Of a stretch of 64,000 bases of DNA, positions 53,491 to 62,272 are shown piece after piece; positions within the stretch are counted from its first letter, which is position 1, and each line of letters begins with the position of its first letter. This DNA comes from an uncultured Maritimibacter sp. (GTDB taxonomy: Bacteria > Pseudomonadota > Alphaproteobacteria > Rhodobacterales > Rhodobacteraceae), in the NCBI RefSeq assembly GCF_937129605.1, contig NZ_CAKZNN010000007.1. One strand, given 5' to 3'. The translations under genes were made by a program, and so were the position numbers. Below the pieces are notes generated by a model. That model was not told the origin of the DNA and made no database searches. It saw only the letters and a program-made list of their open reading frames with translations.

Positions 53491-54774
53491 TTAGTAGTTC
53501 GACGTGAGCTGAACGCAGGTCTGCGTCTCGGTGTTGTACATGCCGCACTGGAGGTCTTTCCAATCCGACTCGAGCACCGCCGATTCCGGGAGGTAGTCGG
53601 TCCAGGCATCGCCCGGCACCGGATCGGTTTCCGAGATGATGTCGAACTGACCATCGGCAAGGATTTCCCCGATCAGGACGGGCTTCGACAGGTGGTGGTT
53701 CACGCCCATCACGGCAGTGCCGCCGGTGAGGTTGGGGAACTCCTGCCCCCACATGGCCTCGCGCACGGCGTCAACGTCAGTGGTCCCGGCAGCGGTGGCC
53801 GCGTTCACCCACATGTTGAAGCCGATGTAGTGGGCTTCCATCGGGTCGTTGGTCACGCGGGCCTCGTCACCGATGAACTCGTGCCAGGCGGCGATGAACT
53901 CGGCATTGGCTTCGGTGTCAGCGGACATGAAGTAGTTCCAGGCGGCAAGGTGGCCGACAAGGTTCGAGGTGTCGAGACCGGCGAGTTCCTCTTCACCGAC
54001 CGAGAAGGCCACGACCGGAATGTCGTCGGCCGAGATACCGGCAGCGGCAAGCTCCTTGTAGAAACCGATGTTCGCGTCGCCGTTGATGGTCGAGATGACG
54101 CCGACCTTCTTGCCGTCCGCGCCCAGCGCCACGACGTCAGCGACGATCTTGGACCAGTCGGAATGACCGAAGGGCGTGTAGTTCACGAAGATGTCCTCTT
54201 GCGCGATCCCCTTGTCCTTCAGGTAGCTCTCGAGAATGTTGTTCGTGGTGCGCGGATAGACGTAGTCGGTGCCGAGCAGCGCGAATTTCTCGACGCCAAG
54301 CTCTTCGAGGAAGTAGTCGGTGGCCGGGATCGCCTGCTGGTTCGGGGCGGCGCCAGTGTAGAACACGTTCTTCGACGATTCCTCGCCTTCGTATTGCACC
54401 GGGTAGAACAGCAGGCCGTTGAGTTCCTCGATCACCGGCAACACCGATTTGCGCGACACGGACGTCCAGTTGCCGAAGATCACGTCGACCTCGTGCACGG
54501 TCAGAAGCTCACGCGCCTTTTCAGCGAACAGCGGCCAGTCCGACGCCGGGTCCACGACGACAGCTTCGAGATCGCAGCCCAGAAGACCGCCTTTCTCGTT
54601 CTGCGCGGCGACGAGCATTTCCATCGTGTCTTTCAGCGTGGTTTCCGAAATCGCCATGGTGCCCGACAGCGAGTGCAGCACGCCGACCTTGATCGGGCAG
54701 TCCTGCGCCGCGGCGGCCGAAGTCATCGCGGCAGCGGCGACTGTCCCGGCGAGAAGCGTTCTTACGAATTTCAT
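53491..54774 (-). CDS. urtA: Urea ABC substrate-binding protein UrtA
   Basis: IKVGVLHSLSGTMAISE, DPASDWPLFAEKA, WTSVSRKSVLP, YPVQYEG, DYVYPRTTN. Confidence 0.96.
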   Translation of the reverse strand: MKFVRTLLAGTVAAAAMTSAAAAQDCPIKVGVLHSLSGTMAISETTLKDTMEMLVAAQNEKGGLLGCDLEAVVVDPASDWPLFAEKARELLTVHEVDVIFGNWTSVSRKSVLPVIEELNGLLFYPVQYEGEESSKNVFYTGAAPNQQAIPATDYFLEELGVEKFALLGTDYVYPRTTNNILESYLKDKGIAQEDIFVNYTPFGHSDWSKIVADVVALGADGKKVGVISTINGDANIGFYKELAAAGISADDIPVVAFSVGEEELAGLDTSNLVGHLAAWNYFMSADTEANAEFIAAWHEFIGDEARVTNDPMEAHYIGFNMWVNAATAAGTTDVDAVREAMWGQEFPNLTGGTAVMGVNHHLSKPVLIGEILADGQFDIISETDPVPGDAWTDYLPESAVLESDWKDLQCGMYNTETQTCVQLTSNY

Positions 54775-55246
54775 GTAATCTCTCCCAGGCGGGGCGTCCC
54801 TGGACCTTGCCGAAAAGGGCAAAGGCCACCACATCCGTCCCCGCAACAGTTGTTGTTGCATCCGTGCGGCGGCTGGCCGTTCTGCATCTGGTCCGGCTGC
54901 CGCACACCCTTGCGATCCGTGTCGCGTCCCTAAGGGCAGGGGTAAGGTGTGTCGCAGTGCGGTGGCTGGGCAATTCACCCCGGTTATCTGAACGTTACAT
55001 TCCGGGGCTTGTTTAATAATTAGGCGCAACTTGCCGCATTTGGCGCAAATTTGTGCGAACACTAGGCAGAAAGCGACGTATCATAGACGGAAAGCGTCTC
55101 ACTTCGACTCACGAGTGACTGATTTAATCCGCCGAAGGTCGCAGATTCATGTGCACGCGGCATTGCCTTTATAAATGCAAGAGATACAGTTGTCGTATGC
55201 AGAATACGAGTTTCCCAACCTATTCAAGAAACTGAATGGAAATCCG

Positions 55247-56245
55247 ATGCGTCTTACGGTCAAGCAAATGGAGGTCTTCCACGCAATCGTGGTCGCTGGC
55301 TCCATCAGCCAAGCCAAACGTGTGCTCGGGCTGTCCCAGCCGACGATCTCGCAGCAACTCGCCAAGATGGAAGAATTGCTGGGTGTGCAGCTCATCCATC
55401 GCGGGCGGGGCGAAAGCCTGCGCCTGACGGCGGCTGGAGAATACTGGTACAAGGCCAGCAACCGTATCCTGACCGAGTTCGAGAACGCCGAACAACAGCA
55501 CCGCATCCTCTTTGACGAGAAACGTCTGACTCTTCACTTCGGCACGACGCCCTCGCTCCGTGGCCGCTTTACCGAGGTGGCGGCGCAGACCGCGCTCGAG
55601 CTCGACCAGTTCGCGCGCTTCGATTTCGACTGGGGCCTGACCTCGGCGGAGGTCGTCGAAAACATCAACGCGCACAAGTTCAACTGCGGCGTCGTCTCGG
55701 CGGCAAGCATCGAGGACCAGCGCGCGTCGTTTCACATCGAGTTCCTGTTCAAGGACCGCATCGTCTGGGCCGTGCCCGCCGATGTCCCGGACGAGCTGAT
55801 CGCGCTGGCGCTCGACCGGCTCGATGTCGAACCGGGCGCCGAGGCGCTGTCGCGCTACGTCGACGTGACGCCGCCGATCCCGTGGCGCGAACGCTCGGAC
55901 AACTGGTATCGCTCGCAACTGCCCTTCGCCGCGCCCTATTTCGGCTGCGTTACGCACCAGGCAGCCGTCGATGTGGTGGCGGCGGGTCTTGCCACCTGTC
56001 ACACGCCGATCTCGCTCCTGCCCAACCTGCCCGAACAGGTGCGCGAGCGGATCAAGATCTTCGACATCGGCGAGCATATTCGCGAAGTGGTCTTTGTGAT
56101 GCCCAAGCATCTGATGAGCCTCAGGCCCTTTGCCATGTATGCCACCAAGATCTCGGAATACATCCGCGCCACCTATTCCGACGCGCAGTTCGTGGATCAG
56201 ATCCTGCCCATGCCCCGGATCGACCATCTGGCGGCGGCTGAGTGA
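55247..56245 (+). CDS. LysR-family transcriptional regulator
   Basis: HTH FHAIVVAGSISQAKRVLGLSQPTISQQLAKMEELLGVQLIHR..LTAAG. Confidence 0.9.
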   Translation: MRLTVKQMEVFHAIVVAGSISQAKRVLGLSQPTISQQLAKMEELLGVQLIHRGRGESLRLTAAGEYWYKASNRILTEFENAEQQHRILFDEKRLTLHFGTTPSLRGRFTEVAAQTALELDQFARFDFDWGLTSAEVVENINAHKFNCGVVSAASIEDQRASFHIEFLFKDRIVWAVPADVPDELIALALDRLDVEPGAEALSRYVDVTPPIPWRERSDNWYRSQLPFAAPYFGCVTHQAAVDVVAAGLATCHTPISLLPNLPEQVRERIKIFDIGEHIREVVFVMPKHLMSLRPFAMYATKISEYIRATYSDAQFVDQILPMPRIDHLAAAE

Positions 56246-56295
56246 CGCCCTGCCGCCTTGCGCGGCGGCCCTGTCGCGGCGCGGCATAAGGTTTT

Positions 56296-56312
56296 TCTAT
56301 CTGATACATAGA
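56296..56312. promoter_or_regulatory. Candidate LysR recognition site upstream of the PQQ dehydrogenase
   Basis: Interrupted palindrome TCTAT-N7-ATAGA containing T-N11-A (56298/56310). Confidence 0.55.
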
Positions 56313-56391
56313 CCCATCGGATACGTCCCCGCGTTCCTATGACCTTAGTCGTACCCCGCCCGACGGGGACGCTGACGCAGGGAGGAATAAC

Positions 56392-58137
56392 ATGCGCACA
56401 TTGTCCACATCCGTGGCGGCGCTCGCCGCTACGGGATTGCTGTCTACTGCCCTCTGGGCCGACCCAGCCACGCCGGAACGCCTTGTCAATGCCGGGACCG
56501 ATGCCGAAGCCGCCAACTGGCTCACGGTCCACCGCACCTATGACAGCCACCGCTATTCGCCGCTGGACGAGATCACGCCGGAAAACGCCTCCGGCCTGAA
56601 ACTGGCCTTCGCCGTACCGCTGGGCGGAACCGAACCGTCGGCCTTCGGCGCAGGCGCGATGGAAACGACGCCGCTCGTCAAGGACGGCAAGATGTATGTC
56701 ACCGACCCCTGGGGCACCACGTACAAGATCGACGTTTCGACGGGCACCCGGGGCCAGATCGAGTGGATCTGCGATACCGCGATCGACAAGGACCCCTCCC
56801 TCGGGATCCTGCTCGCCAACCGGGGCGTGGCGCTGTCGGGCGATGTTGTCATATCCAATCTTCCTGACGGCCGTGTGGTGGCCTGCGACGATGCCTCGGG
56901 CGACATCGTGTGGGAACAGCAGACCGCCGATCAGCCGGGCGAAGGCTTTACGGGTGCGCCACTTGCCGTTGGGGACAAGGTCATTGTCGGCCAGTCCTAT
57001 GGCGACTGGGCCACACGGGGCTGGATCGCCGCCCTCGACGCGGCGACAGGTGAGGAAGTCTGGCGCTTCTACACCGTGCCGGAACCGGGTCAGCCCGGCT
57101 CGGAGACCTGGCTGTGCGAAGAAACGGGCAATCCCGATTGCTGGAAGACCGGCGGGGCCGCTGCCTGGGTGACCGGATCCTACGACCCGGAATCGAACAC
57201 ATTGATCTATGGTACGGGCAACCCCGTGCCGATGTTCGACCCGGAGTATCGCCCGGGCGATAACCTCTATTCCAACTCCGCCATTGCGCTCGACGCCGAT
57301 ACCGGCGAATTGAAATGGCACTTCCAGTATACGCCCGGCGACTACTTCGATTATGACGAAGTCGGCATTCACCTGCTGATCGACAAGGAAATCGACGGCG
57401 AAATGCGCAAGGTCGTGGGGCACTTCGGTCGAAACGGGTTCTTCTACAACCTCGATCGCACCAACGGGTCCTTCATCAACGCCGGCCAGTATGTCGAGAG
57501 GCTCAACTGGACCGACGGCGTCGATCCCAAGACAGGAAAGCCGCTGAATTACGACCCGAACGCAACGCTCCAGGCCTATGCGCAAGACGTCGTGCTGCGT
57601 CGTGACGGAGGGCCCGTCGAAAACTGTCCACACCTTCAAGGTGGCATCAACTTCTGGCCGACCGCCTATAACCCCGCGACCGGCATGGCCTATGGCCATT
57701 CGATCGAAGGCTGCTCGGAGTTGTCGACTGTTCCCGTCGCGCCCGAAGACGTGATGCAGGGCGCAATCTTCACCGGCGGCTCCAATGCTGATTCCGGCGA
57801 AATCGACGGCTCGATCGTTCAACTCGACGTCGCCACAGGTCAGGTCGTCAAGAAAGAGATGCGCGAGTATCCCGGTTATGCCGGCGTCCTGCTCTCGGGT
57901 GATCTGGTCTGGGTCGGCGAGCTGGACGGCACCTTCGGCGCCTACGATGCCGAAACGCTGGAACAGGTCTGGTCCACCAACCTGGGTGGGTCCTTCAAGG
58001 CACCGGCGATGACCTACGCGGTCGACGGCAAGCAGTATGTCGCCATTGTTTCAGGTCCCCTCGGCACTGGCTCCTTTGGCCATCCAGACATCGAACAGAC
58101 GCAGGGCGCCAACATGCTCTACGTCTTCTCGCTCTGA
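56392..58137 (+). CDS. Periplasmic PQQ-dependent dehydrogenase (methanol/ethanol family, divergent)
   Basis: Signal peptide; RYSPLDEI, ETTP, NRG, RGWIAALDAATGEEVWRF, GSYDP, GTGNP, FDYD, GRNGFFY.LDRTNG, YAVDGKQYV. Confidence 0.93.
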   Translation: MRTLSTSVAALAATGLLSTALWADPATPERLVNAGTDAEAANWLTVHRTYDSHRYSPLDEITPENASGLKLAFAVPLGGTEPSAFGAGAMETTPLVKDGKMYVTDPWGTTYKIDVSTGTRGQIEWICDTAIDKDPSLGILLANRGVALSGDVVISNLPDGRVVACDDASGDIVWEQQTADQPGEGFTGAPLAVGDKVIVGQSYGDWATRGWIAALDAATGEEVWRFYTVPEPGQPGSETWLCEETGNPDCWKTGGAAAWVTGSYDPESNTLIYGTGNPVPMFDPEYRPGDNLYSNSAIALDADTGELKWHFQYTPGDYFDYDEVGIHLLIDKEIDGEMRKVVGHFGRNGFFYNLDRTNGSFINAGQYVERLNWTDGVDPKTGKPLNYDPNATLQAYAQDVVLRRDGGPVENCPHLQGGINFWPTAYNPATGMAYGHSIEGCSELSTVPVAPEDVMQGAIFTGGSNADSGEIDGSIVQLDVATGQVVKKEMREYPGYAGVLLSGDLVWVGELDGTFGAYDAETLEQVWSTNLGGSFKAPAMTYAVDGKQYVAIVSGPLGTGSFGHPDIEQTQGANMLYVFSL

Positions 58138-58155
58138 TCCGAGACCCCCAACTGG

Positions 58156-58184
58156 TTTCCGGCCGCAGTCAACGCGGCCGGAAA
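58156..58184. other. Perfect 11-bp intergenic stem-loop between dehydrogenase and cytochrome genes
   Basis: TTTCCGGCCGC-AGTCAAC-GCGGCCGGAAA; no long T tail, so a stabiliser or partial terminator. Confidence 0.6.
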
Positions 58185-58240
58185 TCGTCTCTACCCCTAC
58201 GAAACGCGCAAACGACAAGACGATCGGAAAGTCACTCCTG

Positions 58241-58762
58241 ATGAAGGCACGAACCACCCTCACCGCCGCGGCCAGCCTCGGCCTCGCGCTTCTCACCGCA
58301 CCGCTCATGGCGCAGGACGCCACGTTCAACCCTGAAGACTACGACATCGCGCGCGGCAAGGAGGTGTTCGAGCGCATCGGCGTCTGCGTTCAGTGCCACG
58401 GCTGGGACGGCAACGGCATGGGCCGCAACCCGCGTTCGGTCGGGATCGCGCCGAACCTGCGCGAGTTTCCCGATGATGCCGAGCTGCTGCACGAAGTCAT
58501 TGCCTGCGGTCGGCCTTACACCGAAATGCCGTATCACGACCGCAATGCCTATTCGGATGGCCGGTGCTACGACATGACGCTCGACGACTTCGAGGAGGGC
58601 GATGCGCCGTCGCGCGGGAAATCCATTCGTGACGACGATATCGACAACCTCGTGGCCTATATGCTCACCGACGTGATCGGCGCTGGTGAAACCACGCTCG
58701 AGCAATGCGAAAAATTCTTTGAGCCGGGTCACCGCAACTGCGCGCCGCTGGCCAACAGGTAA
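58241..58762 (+). CDS. Periplasmic monoheme cytochrome c
   Basis: Signal peptide; CVQCH heme motif, APNL, TEMP (candidate distal Met), DDDIDNLVAYM. Confidence 0.88.
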   Translation: MKARTTLTAAASLGLALLTAPLMAQDATFNPEDYDIARGKEVFERIGVCVQCHGWDGNGMGRNPRSVGIAPNLREFPDDAELLHEVIACGRPYTEMPYHDRNAYSDGRCYDMTLDDFEEGDAPSRGKSIRDDDIDNLVAYMLTDVIGAGETTLEQCEKFFEPGHRNCAPLANR

Positions 58763-58765
58763 GCC

Positions 58766-59539
58766 ATGCGGACCGCGATCACACCCATGCTCCTCGCGGC
58801 GCTTGCCGCCGGGGGCGTTCTGGCCAGCGGGGGCGCCATGGCGCAGGACCGGGACCGGTCCGCGCTCGAAGCACCCTTCGACATCTGGGATGCGCAACTG
58901 GGCGCGCCGGTGTCGATCATCCCTGCCGTGGATGTGAACGAACTGGCCTGCGGCACGAACGGCGGCCCCTATTCGCTGCCCTTGAGCGAACCTACCGACT
59001 TCATGTCCTGCCCGCCCGAAGCATCGGGCTTGCGTGAAGTCCATTTTTCCTACGACGACGAACTGGACTACGTCGCCCGCGCGATGGAGTCCGAATACGC
59101 CGTACTGCAAGACGGGACGACGGTGTTTTCCCACAAGGTCATGGTCTCGGTGCTCGTCAGCGAAGACGGCATCATCGAGGGTATCCGTATCCTGACCGAC
59201 CCCCGCATCCCCGCCCGCGAACGTCGCCGCGCCGTGACGCTCATGCGCAATCTGGAGGCCCGCTACGGTGACTGGACCCTCGCCTGCGAGGACATGCCGC
59301 TTGCGGAAGGCGAGATGATGATCGGCAACGTCTTTACCAAACGGGTCTGCACGGGGGTCTCACCCGAGGGCGACACCCACCTGCGCCTTGATGCGCGCTA
59401 TCTGCGCAAGGCCGGGCAACAGGCGGTGAACCCGGAAACCCGCGAACTCAATTCCACCTATTTCGAAAGTTTCTCGCGCCTCGAAATGGTGCGCGCACCC
59501 TACGAACCGACGCCGCCGCCCGTGAGGGCGACGCGATGA
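58766..59539 (+). CDS. Hypothetical secreted protein
   Basis: Signal peptide ending AMA; four Cys; 3 bp after the cytochrome stop. Confidence 0.75.
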   Translation: MRTAITPMLLAALAAGGVLASGGAMAQDRDRSALEAPFDIWDAQLGAPVSIIPAVDVNELACGTNGGPYSLPLSEPTDFMSCPPEASGLREVHFSYDDELDYVARAMESEYAVLQDGTTVFSHKVMVSVLVSEDGIIEGIRILTDPRIPARERRRAVTLMRNLEARYGDWTLACEDMPLAEGEMMIGNVFTKRVCTGVSPEGDTHLRLDARYLRKAGQQAVNPETRELNSTYFESFSRLEMVRAPYEPTPPPVRATR

Positions 59540-59541
59540 CC

Positions 59542-60303
59542 CTATTCGCTGTAGGTGCCGTCCGCATTGAAGGTGCGCGTGACGCGGGCCCCCTCCATCA
59601 CCGCGCCCCGCATATTTGCGCGCGAGAACCGGCTCTCGCTGATCTGCGCCCCGGTGAAGTTGGTGTCGCGCAGGTCGGTGCCCCAGAAGTCGGTGTATTC
59701 GATCGTCGCACCCTCGAAGTCCGCCTTGACCGCGTCGCTTTTCACCATCGAGACATAGGACATGGTGACCCCGGCAAAGCTCGACCGGCCAAAGCTCGCC
59801 TCGCTCATGCCCGTGTTGTGAAACGTGGCGCCGGACAGGTCCGCGTTGTTCACCCGTGCCGCTGTCAGATGGGCGTTGTCGATCCGCGCCCCTGCCAGCA
59901 CCGCGCTGGTCATTCGGCTGTGCTGCATCCGCGCCCCGTTGAGGTTGGCCCCGGCGAAGTTCGCCGCGGACAGTTGTGCCTCGTAGAACAATGCAGCGGA
60001 CAGGTCGGCCCCGGTGAAATCGGCCTGGCGCAGTTCCGCGACATTGAAATTCGCGTCGACCGCGGTGACATCGACAAAGATCGTGCCGTTCAGGATCGCC
60101 CGATGAAACCGTGCGCCGGTCAGGTCGGCGCCGGTCAGATCGACGCCCGACAGGTCGGCCTTCTTGAAATTCGCGTAGGCAAGGTCGCAGCCCCGGCATT
60201 CGGTCCGCGAGCCATCGCGAAGCGCCGCAACGATTGCTGGGTCGGCGCCGGCCCAAACGGGGGTGGCGGTGAGGGCTGTGATGACGGCGGTTACGATGCG
60301 CAT
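59542..60303 (-). CDS. Secreted pentapeptide-repeat protein (PedD-like)
   Basis: Signal peptide, CRGCDL cap, many A(D/N)LxG/ANF repeats. Confidence 0.92.
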   Translation of the reverse strand: MRIVTAVITALTATPVWAGADPAIVAALRDGSRTECRGCDLAYANFKKADLSGVDLTGADLTGARFHRAILNGTIFVDVTAVDANFNVAELRQADFTGADLSAALFYEAQLSAANFAGANLNGARMQHSRMTSAVLAGARIDNAHLTAARVNNADLSGATFHNTGMSEASFGRSSFAGVTMSYVSMVKSDAVKADFEGATIEYTDFWGTDLRDTNFTGAQISESRFSRANMRGAVMEGARVTRTFNADGTYSE

Positions 60304-60338
60304 GGGGGATCTCCTCCTGTTGCGGGAAAGGATAGGAC

Positions 60339-60863
60339 ATGATCCCGGCCAAATCCAGCATTTTATCTTTTATAATCATAATGTTATCTGCGCCCTCCGC
60401 GCCCGCGGAAGATATGCGCCAAGACGCCGACGTCGTGACCGGCGAGGCCGAGATCCTTGACGCCGACGTGATCAAGATTGGCCCGCAGCGCGTGATCCTC
60501 TGGGGCGTGGACGCGCCGGAGCGGAACCAGTCCTGCTACAAGGACGGCGAACGCTGGGGCTGCGCGGATGCCGCAAAGCGCACGCTCGAACTGCTCGCGG
60601 GCCGCGGCGAAGTGACCTGTTTTCTCACTGGCGAAGCCGACCCCTTTGGCCGCCGCTACGGCGTCTGCGAAAGCGGCGGCGACGCGATCAATGAAGAGAT
60701 GGTGCGCCGCGGCATGGCGCTGGCCTATCTCGACCAGTCCCAAGATTACATCGACGCCCAGATGGACGCGATCACCGACGAAGTGGGCCTATGGGAGGTC
60801 GGCGTCGAGTTCGAGGAACCCTGGAAATTCCGCCTGCAAAACACACCCGGAGGCTTCCGTTGA
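60339..60863 (+). CDS. Secreted thermonuclease (SNase)-fold protein, probably lacking a catalytic Arg
   Basis: LDADVI, GVDAPE, DPFGR, INEEMVRRGMA, GLW motifs. Confidence 0.85.
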   Translation: MIPAKSSILSFIIIMLSAPSAPAEDMRQDADVVTGEAEILDADVIKIGPQRVILWGVDAPERNQSCYKDGERWGCADAAKRTLELLAGRGEVTCFLTGEADPFGRRYGVCESGGDAINEEMVRRGMALAYLDQSQDYIDAQMDAITDEVGLWEVGVEFEEPWKFRLQNTPGGFR

Positions 60864-61609
60864 GCGACCAGAGCATGGACGACCGTTCCCCCCTTGCCGC
60901 GCGTCTCGTCGGCAACCGCGCCTATGACGACCTGTTTCGCTGGGTGCTGCTCATGGCGCTCATCTGTCTGGGGGCCGTGATCCTGTGGGATTACGGCTAT
61001 CTCGCCTATCTCATTGACAACGACACCTCGGGCATCTCGACGCTGATCATCGCGATCTTCGGGGCCGCGAGTCTTTACTGCCTATGGTTCCTTTTCGACC
61101 TGTCCGGCGAGTTGTCGGCGCTCGCCCGCGTGATGAAGGGGCTCGAGGATGGCGGTGTGCCCGACATGGCCACGGCGGTGGACAAGCTGCGCAACCGCCG
61201 CCGCGTGGCACGGATCGTGAGCGATCTGAATACCATGCGCGTGACGACCGCCGGGTCGCCCGAAACGGTGTTGCAGGCCTTTGCCTCGGAACTGCGTGGC
61301 CCGGTGCGGCTGGGCGTGTTCATCTCGGACACGCTCTACAAACTCGGCCTCCTTGGAACGGTGATCGGGTTCATCCTCATGCTCGTCTCGATGCGCGATC
61401 TGGGCGAGTTCGACGTGGAAACCATGCGCTCGGCGCTGCAAAGCATGACCGGCGGCATGGCCGTCGCGCTCCTGACCACGATCACGGGCCTTTCCGCAGG
61501 TGTTCTCCTGCGGATGCAGTTCAACGTGCTCGACAGCCTCGCGCTTCGGATCACCCAGACTCTCGTGCGGTTTTCCGAGGTCGTGCTGCCCGCGGTCACG
61601 AGGGACTAG
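60860..61609 (+). CDS. MotA/TolQ/ExbB proton-channel family protein
   Basis: LGLLGTVIGF and GMAVALLTTITGL helices plus two N-terminal TMs; TTG 60860 overlaps the previous stop (alternative ATG 60875). Confidence 0.85.
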   Translation: MSDQSMDDRSPLAARLVGNRAYDDLFRWVLLMALICLGAVILWDYGYLAYLIDNDTSGISTLIIAIFGAASLYCLWFLFDLSGELSALARVMKGLEDGGVPDMATAVDKLRNRRRVARIVSDLNTMRVTTAGSPETVLQAFASELRGPVRLGVFISDTLYKLGLLGTVIGFILMLVSMRDLGEFDVETMRSALQSMTGGMAVALLTTITGLSAGVLLRMQFNVLDSLALRITQTLVRFSEVVLPAVTRD

Positions 61610-61612
61610 CAG

Positions 61613-62272
61613 ATGTTCGAGGACATCCGGGACGGTGACTACGACGCCTTTACCGACCTGCTGTTCAACGCACTGGTGGGGTTTGCCTTCATGTTCTTCA
61701 TCGCCTTCGCGATGATCAATCCCGTGGCCGAAGAGGGCAAGATCGACACCGAGGTCGAGATCCTGATCACTGTGCGTTGGCCCGATGGCCACGAGGACGA
61801 CATCGACGTCTATGTCGAGGACCCGGTGGGCAACATTGTCTGGTATCACGAACGCGAGGCGGGACTCATGCATCTGGACCGCGACGACCGGGGGCAGTTC
61901 AAGGACGTGCTTCTCGTGAACGGGGCCGAGATCGAGAACCCGCTCAATCAGGAAACCGTGTCGGTGCGGGGCCTAATGAACGGTGAATACGTGGTCAACG
62001 TGGTGCATTTCATCGCGACCTCGACCGATCCGGTGCGGGTGACGGTCAAGGTCGAAAAGATGAACCCCTCGGTGCGCGTGGTCTACTACGGTGAAACCGA
62101 CCTGACCGGCACCGGGGAAGAGGTGACGACCGTCCGCTTCACGCTCGACGACGACGAGATCATCGACCTCAACAACCGGCCCAAATCGCTCGTCGCGCTC
62201 ACCCGGCAGACCAAGACCAACACGCCCGGCGGTGATATGTCGCTCGGGTCGGGGGAGGTCGTGCGGCAATGA
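61613..62272 (+). CDS. Single-TM protein with membrane-proximal Asp (atypical ExbD/MotB-like partner)
   Basis: AFTDLLFNALVGFAFMFFIAFAMI, then a beta-rich periplasmic domain with DDIDVYVEDP and LDRDDRG. Confidence 0.7.
   Translation: MFEDIRDGDYDAFTDLLFNALVGFAFMFFIAFAMINPVAEEGKIDTEVEILITVRWPDGHEDDIDVYVEDPVGNIVWYHEREAGLMHLDRDDRGQFKDVLLVNGAEIENPLNQETVSVRGLMNGEYVVNVVHFIATSTDPVRVTVKVEKMNPSVRVVYYGETDLTGTGEEVTTVRFTLDDDEIIDLNNRPKSLVALTRQTKTNTPGGDMSLGSGEVVRQ

Noticed and set aside
55015-55060. NtrC/sigma54 or NtcA sites upstream of urtA
   Set aside because: Only partial GCAC/GCGC and GTA-N8 resemblances with wrong spacing; no clear -24/-12 GG-N10-GC identified.
55060-58240. pqqA-like precursor peptide near the PQQ dehydrogenase
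   Set aside because: No short ORF with the ExxxY motif was seen in the intergenic gaps; pqq genes must be elsewhere or absent.
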